IMG/VR virus record: IMGVR_UViG_3300030379_000127
Span: 1-22,899 of that record
DNA: 22,899 nt
Strand: one strand, 5' to 3'
Origin: a virus
Lineage: Duplodnaviria; Heunggongvirae; Uroviricota; Caudoviricetes
Part shown: positions 15,362 to 22,899 of the stretch, piece after piece
Layout: each line of letters starts with the position of its first letter
How positions within the stretch are numbered: position 1 is the stretch's first letter
Notes under the pieces: model-generated
Databases searched by the model: none
Told to the model about the DNA's origin: nothing
Seen by the model: the letters and a program-made list of their open reading frames with translations, nothing else
Translations under genes and position numbers: made by a program

Positions 15362-16791
15362 TCCTCCTCATACGAAATATTAAAGGTGGAGTTTTCTGTA
15401 TCCAGATAAACGAAATCGTAAAAGCCGTTGGACTCATTCCACTCGACAAATTCCAGATAAAAGTCGCGGAAATAACCCAGCGTTTCGATAAATGCCCAAA
15501 CGTCTTTTTTCTTGATTAGGATGTACTTGCCGACACGGTTCGGATCAAAGAAAGTTGAGTCACGCCCAAATTTTGTTTCCAGTGCCGACTTCAGCTCATC
15601 AGTCACGTTCTCAATGGTCAGGCTTGCCGATATCCGCCCAGTGATGGTGATCTTAAAGGGGAGTTTTCTGACCTCTTTATACGAGAATTTCTTGTTCAAC
15701 TCATTCGGCACCTTCTTAAAGGCAGCCAGGATCATTTCTTCAAGCTCTGACTGGCTTTTGTTTGGATGCCATCCTGAAATAAATATCTTATTGATATTCC
15801 GAACATTATAAGCACCATCTAATTTCTCTTGCTGGCCTTCGCCCCATGCCTTTACCCAGGACAGTCCCGGGATGTTACGCACCAGAAAATACGTATAGTC
15901 CCCGCCCCATACGACCTGATCATCATAGGCAAGGTAATATTGTGCACGATTACGTGTGATCTCCGTTGTTTCGGCATCGGTACCTGCGGTTATGGGTGTC
16001 GTTGTCTTAACTGAAATCAAATTAGCTAAATTAGCCGCAGAATCGACAGGAGTCAGGTTTTGGCCAGCAACCAGGGTTATATCTCCGTTGGTGCACCATA
16101 CCTTAAGTGTAATGGTCGAGCCTTCTGGCGGTATTTGCCCAATTAGCCCATCACCGAATCGAACCCCCAACTGCTCGGATGGCTTATAAAACTCAACGTA
16201 GACCTGGCTTTTACTACCGGCTAACCGGAACATAGTGCTGGAAGACCACTGCGTGGTCTTACCATCGGTCGTCACGAATACTTCCAGCTTACAGCAGACA
16301 GCAGTGAGAGCCTTTGATAACACGACTTCCAGAAATTCTTTGGCTGCCGTAACGGTATATGTCACCTCCTGGATTTCCAACTGTGCCACTTCTACCGTAC
16401 CGGTGCCGTCAACCAACCTGCATACATCCATAGTCATGTAAGGGTACTGGTCGTCAGATATTAAAGGCATGTTTTTGGGGATTACCGCTGGGGCATCTTC
16501 ACTTGTGGCGGTGATCTCAATCATCCCCGATGACGGTGTTGGCTTGGTACCAACGTAACTATTCGTTTCTGCCGCTGCCAGGATAGAGGAACGCCGCGTC
16601 GCGGTCGATATAAAGCCTTCAGCCAGCGCCGCATCGGCATACTGAAAGCACCTGTAGACAATCTGGGTAATAAACAATGTCAGCATCGAGACAAATTGAG
16701 AGCCGACAAACTTCGACCAGAATGAATCTTTCTCGACAAGCTCTTCAAACTCTGCACGAATACTGTCTTTAGTCGGTGTTGTTTTACTCAT
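15358..16791 (-). CDS. Baseplate protein (477 aa), possibly Baseplate-J-like
   Basis: Large ORF translationally coupled to both neighbours (ATGA overlaps), immediately downstream of a small gp25/W-sized protein; the family call is from gene order, not a recognised motif. Confidence 0.4.
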   Translation of the reverse strand: MSKTTPTKDSIRAEFEELVEKDSFWSKFVGSQFVSMLTLFITQIVYRCFQYADAALAEGFISTATRRSSILAAAETNSYVGTKPTPSSGMIEITATSEDAPAVIPKNMPLISDDQYPYMTMDVCRLVDGTGTVEVAQLEIQEVTYTVTAAKEFLEVVLSKALTAVCCKLEVFVTTDGKTTQWSSSTMFRLAGSKSQVYVEFYKPSEQLGVRFGDGLIGQIPPEGSTITLKVWCTNGDITLVAGQNLTPVDSAANLANLISVKTTTPITAGTDAETTEITRNRAQYYLAYDDQVVWGGDYTYFLVRNIPGLSWVKAWGEGQQEKLDGAYNVRNINKIFISGWHPNKSQSELEEMILAAFKKVPNELNKKFSYKEVRKLPFKITITGRISASLTIENVTDELKSALETKFGRDSTFFDPNRVGKYILIKKKDVWAFIETLGYFRDFYLEFVEWNESNGFYDFVYLDTENSTFNISYEEE

Positions 16792-17147
16792 AGCACCACG
16801 TCCTGTGTGATAGTTATATCCCTGATACGAATGGATATTTTCAACTTATCAAAAGCATCTCCCTCGGCTACTGACAAGCCAGAAATCGGTATGTCAGGTA
16901 AATCTACCGTCAGTTTTTGCAACAGCATTGCCTCAACCGCAATTTGAACATGCGACAAGTTGGTCGGTTCGTGTTTAAACTGCGGTAAAACATTGCCCCA
17001 TGACGGATCTCCGTATACCTCACCCTGATAAGTGTTTAGCCACTCATATAAACGAGCGCCCCAGGCCTCCTCCTGGGACTCATACGTTTTTACGCCGGAT
17101 AACTCCAGCGTCAGTAAAGGATCAATTTCATTATTGTTGGCCATCAA
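16788..17147 (-). CDS. Small baseplate protein (119 aa), gp25/W-sized
   Basis: 119-aa ORF overlapping the Sit-like gene stop by 4 bp; size and position are typical of the baseplate wedge lysozyme-like subunit. Weak call. Confidence 0.3.
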   Translation of the reverse strand: MMANNNEIDPLLTLELSGVKTYESQEEAWGARLYEWLNTYQGEVYGDPSWGNVLPQFKHEPTNLSHVQIAVEAMLLQKLTVDLPDIPISGLSVAEGDAFDKLKISIRIRDITITQDVVL

Positions 17148-20100
17148 TCAACTCTCGCGTAGTCATTCATCAACGGATCATCAATTGACAGTGGCACCGT
17201 GCGCATAACGCCCGGTTGAGGCGTGCTGACCTTTACGACAGTTCCCTGGCCTTTCGCCGAGTCTTTAGTGTGCTCTTCAATCCTGGCAAGCAATGAGGTC
17301 ATCTGCGCAAACAGCCGCTTCGTTTCACCATCAAGTGAAACGGTATTATCAGCCAACTGCATTGTCGGCTTGGCACCGGAGCCGCCAAGGTCACTAATAA
17401 CCTGTCCGTCTATCTGCATACGACCGGTTGGTTGCTGCAAATCGTTGGCGGCAGTCGTCACCTGGGACGTGGAGGCTGGTTCAGGCGCATTATTTTTCCG
17501 CATCCCCGGCGAGTTGCGGAGTTTATCAAATAGCCCATCAATCCCCATTTGTGCGCCGAGTTGGTCAAAGTAACTTGAGTTGCTGGCCACCGGACGCGCC
17601 TCTTCAACTGGCATCGGAGTATCAACATACACATTGCCAGCTGCTGTTGCGGTCCCCTTCCCTCGTGCACGTTCTTCGAGCGTTCCCTGAACGACTTCCC
17701 GACGCATACCCCGGCCATTCATGAATTTGTTGACCAGATCGTTAACGCCAACAGCATTGCCAATTTTGTCTACCAGACCGCCTTTCTCAAACGGGCTATC
17801 ACCAGGGGTAAACGCCAGGCCAGTAGACTGATCGATAACAGCGTTATCAGGCAGTGGTCCCCTCACTCCATATTGCGCCCCACCCTGTGCTCCTGCTCCA
17901 GGTGTATAGATTTCACCACCTAAATAGCGAGCACGATGAGTATTGACCTTGATCGCGTACTCACGGTTTTCTTTCGATAAGTCACCTGTGCCTTTTTTCC
18001 ACTTATTGATAGTGCCAAACCCAGCATTATATGCAGTGATGGCCTCGTTTAAGTCTCCATTGGCTTGCTTCAGATATTTGCTCATGAGAAGAGCCGCAGC
18101 TTCTGCCGATTTCACAGGATCAAACGATTCACCTTCAGCTAAGCCAGTCTCTTCACGAGCAATCCCCGTGAACTGAAACATCCCCAGAGCACCGGTTTGG
18201 GATTTTGCATACGGATTACCACCAGATTCAGTTGCAGCAATCGCGTAAAGAGTGCCTTCTGGAAGACCGTATTTATTCTCTAGTTCGGCAAAATACGGAG
18301 CCAACTTATCGAGATTTGCCTTACCTTCAGCGCCAAGACTTCCGACTTTTACATCCAAGTTGCCATTGTTGTAGGTATCCGCAGCTTTCTGAATGTCATT
18401 CCTGGTGCCAGTGGTATTAAGCGACGATGATGACGAGCTATTTTGACCAATAGCTTTATCAATTTTCTGCAACGCGCTATTGCCCGTTTCTACGGCATTT
18501 GCATTGATAATCTGATTAGCAGTTTCTTTAACTGTTTTATTGCTATCTTTCGCCGTGTCCAGTGCCGCATTTATCACGCGGGTAACAATATTAGTCTGTT
18601 TGGCATCGGATTCAGTTTTAGAATCAGATGTCTCCTGGTGGCTATTAACCGGAGCTTTTAACTCTGGAGTGATTTCTTTCGCATTAGCCTCGCCGATCGG
18701 ATTGGGTATTTTTGATACAATCATTGCCGCAGGGGTATTTTTAACGGCATCAACCGCTGCATCTAATGCTTTACCTGGTAAATTTTTAACCCCATCCCAA
18801 ATATTACCAGCCGCCTCTTTAATGTGTTTCCCTGGGTTCTTAATGAAATCAATTGCACTATCAATTGCATCACTGAAAACCTGTTTCAGGTTATCGACAG
18901 TAAAGAAGTCTTTGATGGCATCCAGCTTTTCAAGCAGCTTATTAGATGTATCGCTAAACCATGCTGAAACAGCATCACCAATCTTTGCTGTGTAATCATC
19001 GAACTTGGTAGAAATGGTGTCGCCAAGGTTAGAAATATATGTTTCTAAGTTGGTAATCCCACTATCAATGGCATGGGCAATACTTTCCGTCGAAAATGAT
19101 TGCAACATATTGCCGATATCCTCAAATCCAAGTGATTTGAGAACCTCACCAATGGCGCTGCTAATACCAGATACCAGTCCCCCCATATCAAGAATATTAG
19201 CTAACGTATAAGCGGCTTTTTGCTGGAATGATGGATCTTGTCCTGATTTAAGCCCAAACGCTCGACGTTGCGCTTCTGTATCATTCCAACCGGTTACCGC
19301 ATCATAAATACCTCCAACCACTGTGCCGACTAGGGGAATTGCGCGTAACGCCCCTTTACCAACTGCCTTTAATCCAAGTTTACCTGCTGCCCGGGCAGCC
19401 AAATCTCCGCCTTCATGGGCGAGAGTCTTCTTACCACCACCGCGTAGCATTCCTACAAGTTTCTTTGCCCCCAGAGCGCCAAAAGCGAGTGCTCCAGCTT
19501 TTTTCAGCATGCCACGCCCCATTAACAACGACGCGACGCCACCGGCCCCCTTCCCTAACAGGCTAAATAGTTTGGACAGCAAGCCGCCCTTCTTTTTCCC
19601 GGTGTTTTTGGCTATCTGATCAAGGGCGCTGAGAATCTTGTCATTGCCCTCTTTAATTTCGCTGGTCTGCTCCTGAAGTTCCTGAACCGTCCGTTTTTGG
19701 GTGTTAACCTGAACGACATCGGCACTATTTTGCGATTTACGCCTAAAAAAACCTTTTCTACGGCTGTTATCGTCATTGCCACGAATCACATCGGCAATAG
19801 ACTTTCTGGCACCATTAAGCGATCCGCCAACTTCTTTTGATATCCCGCCAAGCTCCTTCCCTGCTGCCCACAATGGACCTGCAACGGCATAACCTAACGC
19901 ATCGACAGCACGAGTCTCTGAAGGGTTACCTATGCCTTCAGCTACTTTTGACAGTTTTTTTAATAAACCTGATTCAGCATTTAGACGCTCATCATCCTCT
20001 TTTCGCCTGGCCTTTTCTGCTCGTTCAGCACGGGCATCTTCCGCTGCGGCCTTACTCCCTGACTTTCCAATAAAACGACCACGCGCATCGCGTTGGTTTT

Positions 20101-20536
20101 GGCTTTTTTGCGCACCGCCTTTTTGACCGAACATTTCGCGAGCGTGTTCGGCTGCTTCGGTCCGTTGTGCCTTTACATCCTCTGGTATAGCCTTCCTGCG
20201 TCGTTTTTTACCCTTTGGTGTGGTTGATTTGGCCCGCTGTTCCTGTTGAGCAACATCTTCCTGAACTACACGAGAAACGTCCCCTAAATTAAGCCGTTTC
20301 ATTGCCTCAACAATAGGGTCCACTGATGGCGCATTGGCCACAAAGTCTGGCCGGGAATTTTCGATTGTGCGATTTAATGCCGACACACTGCGAGAGACAG
20401 GATCAACAGTTGCAACGCGTCCCCCTTTCAAATCTTCAACAGCTTCCCGGATACCTGCAAGCTCTTCCAGCTCTTTTGCACTGGCGGTTTCAACTGTCCT
20501 TATAACATCGTCAATGTTGGCGTTTTTTCTTTCCAT
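17144..20536 (-). CDS. sit: Tail tape-measure / injection transglycosylase, Sit-like (1130 aa)
   Basis: Lytic-transglycosylase motifs LYAIAATESGGNPYAKSQTGALGMFQF and AYNAG in the C-terminal third (roughly 17930..18300); Lys/Gly/Ala-rich low-complexity central region; size matches P1 Sit as I recall it. Confidence 0.6.
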   Translation of the reverse strand: MERKNANIDDVIRTVETASAKELEELAGIREAVEDLKGGRVATVDPVSRSVSALNRTIENSRPDFVANAPSVDPIVEAMKRLNLGDVSRVVQEDVAQQEQRAKSTTPKGKKRRRKAIPEDVKAQRTEAAEHAREMFGQKGGAQKSQNQRDARGRFIGKSGSKAAAEDARAERAEKARRKEDDERLNAESGLLKKLSKVAEGIGNPSETRAVDALGYAVAGPLWAAGKELGGISKEVGGSLNGARKSIADVIRGNDDNSRRKGFFRRKSQNSADVVQVNTQKRTVQELQEQTSEIKEGNDKILSALDQIAKNTGKKKGGLLSKLFSLLGKGAGGVASLLMGRGMLKKAGALAFGALGAKKLVGMLRGGGKKTLAHEGGDLAARAAGKLGLKAVGKGALRAIPLVGTVVGGIYDAVTGWNDTEAQRRAFGLKSGQDPSFQQKAAYTLANILDMGGLVSGISSAIGEVLKSLGFEDIGNMLQSFSTESIAHAIDSGITNLETYISNLGDTISTKFDDYTAKIGDAVSAWFSDTSNKLLEKLDAIKDFFTVDNLKQVFSDAIDSAIDFIKNPGKHIKEAAGNIWDGVKNLPGKALDAAVDAVKNTPAAMIVSKIPNPIGEANAKEITPELKAPVNSHQETSDSKTESDAKQTNIVTRVINAALDTAKDSNKTVKETANQIINANAVETGNSALQKIDKAIGQNSSSSSSLNTTGTRNDIQKAADTYNNGNLDVKVGSLGAEGKANLDKLAPYFAELENKYGLPEGTLYAIAATESGGNPYAKSQTGALGMFQFTGIAREETGLAEGESFDPVKSAEAAALLMSKYLKQANGDLNEAITAYNAGFGTINKWKKGTGDLSKENREYAIKVNTHRARYLGGEIYTPGAGAQGGAQYGVRGPLPDNAVIDQSTGLAFTPGDSPFEKGGLVDKIGNAVGVNDLVNKFMNGRGMRREVVQGTLEERARGKGTATAAGNVYVDTPMPVEEARPVASNSSYFDQLGAQMGIDGLFDKLRNSPGMRKNNAPEPASTSQVTTAANDLQQPTGRMQIDGQVISDLGGSGAKPTMQLADNTVSLDGETKRLFAQMTSLLARIEEHTKDSAKGQGTVVKVSTPQPGVMRTVPLSIDDPLMNDYARVD

Positions 20537-20617
20537 GATCTTATCGCCTACCGTTTCGGTTTAAGTTTTTCTTCCAGTTTCTCCAACAGGAAAAACGCAT
20601 AGGATTCAGTAAGCCTT

Positions 20618-21499
20618 TCAGCGTCCTGAATCGGTATACCCCCATACAAAACCAGGTTGGACACTAAGGTCTGATAGCTTTTCAATCCCCACCTGTGGAA
20701 TGAAGTCGGTAGCCCGAAAGGGCACCCACAGACGGGTATACGCACCCTCTGTGGACTCCTTTTTATCCTGATTTGGGCATTTATGCGGCGGGAGACGAAG
20801 ACGCATTTCACCTTTATCGATGTAGCACGGTAAACCATGTTCGAGCTTTTCATGAGCCAGTCGGATGTGTGCCGCCAGCTTCATAAATTCAGTATCAATG
20901 GCCATCCGTTTAATCGTTTCATAACGACGCTCAGCCTGATCTTCACGAGTACCGCTAACATCGTTATAAAGCTCACACTGATAAGCGAATTCCCAAAAAC
21001 GCAAATCAACGATCGCTTCTTTGAATTCCGCGTCGTCTTCAGGTGGCAATGCTGCACGGCGCATCTCCAGCATTTCCATTGCCCAACCATCAAGCGGCAC
21101 GATACGCCATTGATAAGGTACTCCCTCTACAGACACCTCAATATCGTCAATGAAAGGTTCCACTTCCAGGACCTGGATATCTTCAGCCAGAGCATTCATA
21201 TCGCAATCGTAATAATGCTCTTTACCGCAATGTTTACAGGTGTAAGTGAATGTCTCGACCGGTGTTTCACGGGAGCCGGTAAATATCCACCATAACGCGG
21301 TAATCCGGTCCTGCGCCGTCCATGTCAGGGGATCATGTTTCGCGGGTTCAGCCAGCAAGGCTTTTAAATACGCCGTTGTCTGTTGTTCTTGTTCCTCCGG
21401 TGTTATCGAGTTGAAACGCATCGCATCAGCAATATTTGGCTGACGGAACTGGATCAATTCAGTTGGCCGCGATGGTAGCGGGAAAAGGGGTAAAAGCAT
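20618..21499 (-). CDS. Tail morphogenesis protein (293 aa) with a Cys-rich motif
   Basis: ORF upstream of the Sit-like gene containing CKHCGKEHYYDC; the true start may be the internal Met (MRFNSITPEE). Function not recognised. Confidence 0.35.
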   Translation of the reverse strand: MLLPLFPLPSRPTELIQFRQPNIADAMRFNSITPEEQEQQTTAYLKALLAEPAKHDPLTWTAQDRITALWWIFTGSRETPVETFTYTCKHCGKEHYYDCDMNALAEDIQVLEVEPFIDDIEVSVEGVPYQWRIVPLDGWAMEMLEMRRAALPPEDDAEFKEAIVDLRFWEFAYQCELYNDVSGTREDQAERRYETIKRMAIDTEFMKLAAHIRLAHEKLEHGLPCYIDKGEMRLRLPPHKCPNQDKKESTEGAYTRLWVPFRATDFIPQVGIEKLSDLSVQPGFVWGYTDSGR

Positions 21500-21513
21500 C
21501 CTTGCTCCTTAAT

Positions 21514-22125
21514 TCAAAGAGAAAAACTAAAGCCCAGAAGGGAAGCCAAAGAACTTGAGGATTGGTTAAACGTGCTGTGCAATGCGAAGGTCATTGGGAA
21601 TGACTTAAATTCCGTAACCTGATCCCGCGCATAGGTGACATCGCCGGTAGTGACCGGGAATACAGTCATCTCATTTTCCAGTTTGGTTAAGCCGGAAGAC
21701 AGCAACCGATAAATACGCACATTGAGCAAATATTTAGACGGTATATTCCCGGTACCGTCTGGATTAATCACCCGACTTTTTGCCGTCTTAAACCAGTCCA
21801 AAACGAGGCCATCAACGGTATCCCTGACCATCATTGTTATCTGCCCTGGCGAACGCTCCGTTGGTTGAAGGATATTCCCTCCGCCGATTTTAATCGTTTC
21901 ATATTCGATGCTGTAATCGTGGTAGGTAATATCTTTGGCAAAGAAGTCTGCTCCCTCCAGTCCATCAACTTCGACAGAGAACTGCCATCCTTGCGCGAAC
22001 AGCATTTTGTTCATGATGATTGACGTCAGCTTACCAACTTCCCGCTCACCAACGCCGGAGCCAAATAATGTCGTCGTTAATGCCGAAGATACATAAGACT
22101 TTACTGAAGCAACATTAAGCCCCAT
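21514..22125 (-). CDS. Tail structural protein (203 aa), possibly the tail tube
   Basis: ORF in the tail-gene run; tube assignment rests on size and position only. Confidence 0.3.
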   Translation of the reverse strand: MGLNVASVKSYVSSALTTTLFGSGVGEREVGKLTSIIMNKMLFAQGWQFSVEVDGLEGADFFAKDITYHDYSIEYETIKIGGGNILQPTERSPGQITMMVRDTVDGLVLDWFKTAKSRVINPDGTGNIPSKYLLNVRIYRLLSSGLTKLENEMTVFPVTTGDVTYARDQVTEFKSFPMTFALHSTFNQSSSSLASLLGFSFSL

Positions 22126-22135
22126 ATCAGCCCCC

Positions 22136-22743
<608 letters not shown>

Positions 22744-22899
22744 TAGTCATTTGTTCATTGAGTAGGAATATTGTTGTCTGGGGGGTAATCAGTGTAGGTG
22801 GGGTAATGACTCCAACTTATTGATAGTGTTTTATGTTCAGATAATGCCCGATGACTTTGTCATGCAGCTCCACCGATTTTGAGAACGACAGCGACTTCC

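Noticed and set aside
20548-20853. 101-aa minus-strand ORF overlapping the 3' end of the 293-aa gene
   Set aside because: Alternative frame of a longer, better-supported ORF; no separate start context.

Overview
This window reads as the late/structural region of a P1-family phage or plasmid-prophage (P1/p15B-like), almost entirely on the minus strand. That identification rests on motif recognition and gene order recalled from memory, not on any search. From high to low coordinate: three tail genes, a 1130-aa Sit-like tape-measure protein with a lytic-transglycosylase domain, four baseplate/tail-fibre-operon genes (one of them R-like), and a tail-fibre gene with internal 111-bp tandem repeats. 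Next comes a 4.4-kb array of seven alternative tail-fibre C-terminal cassettes, each preceded by a 26-bp Gin/Cin/Hin-type crossover site, with a single tail-fibre-assembly gene. Left of the array lie a holin/antiholin pair and a DarA-type antirestriction operon (hdf-darA-ddrA-ddrB). The main finding is that the serine-invertase gene is split in two: the catalytic half is on the plus strand at 12305..12649 and the DNA-binding half is on the minus strand at 8238..8011. Both breakpoints sit on a 2-bp AA/TT core, and the same breakpoint cuts the tail-fibre constant region off from every cassette. Inverting about 8241..12647 in silico rebuilds both an intact invertase and a constant-region-to-cassette-1 fibre. 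I read this as a Min-like multiple-inversion system frozen by an aberrant inversion through a secondary site inside the invertase gene. All coordinates and translations were worked out by hand from the sequence and ORF track; no similarity search was run. Gene symbols are family-level recollections, and P1-style names for the baseplate and tail genes are withheld because I cannot verify them.
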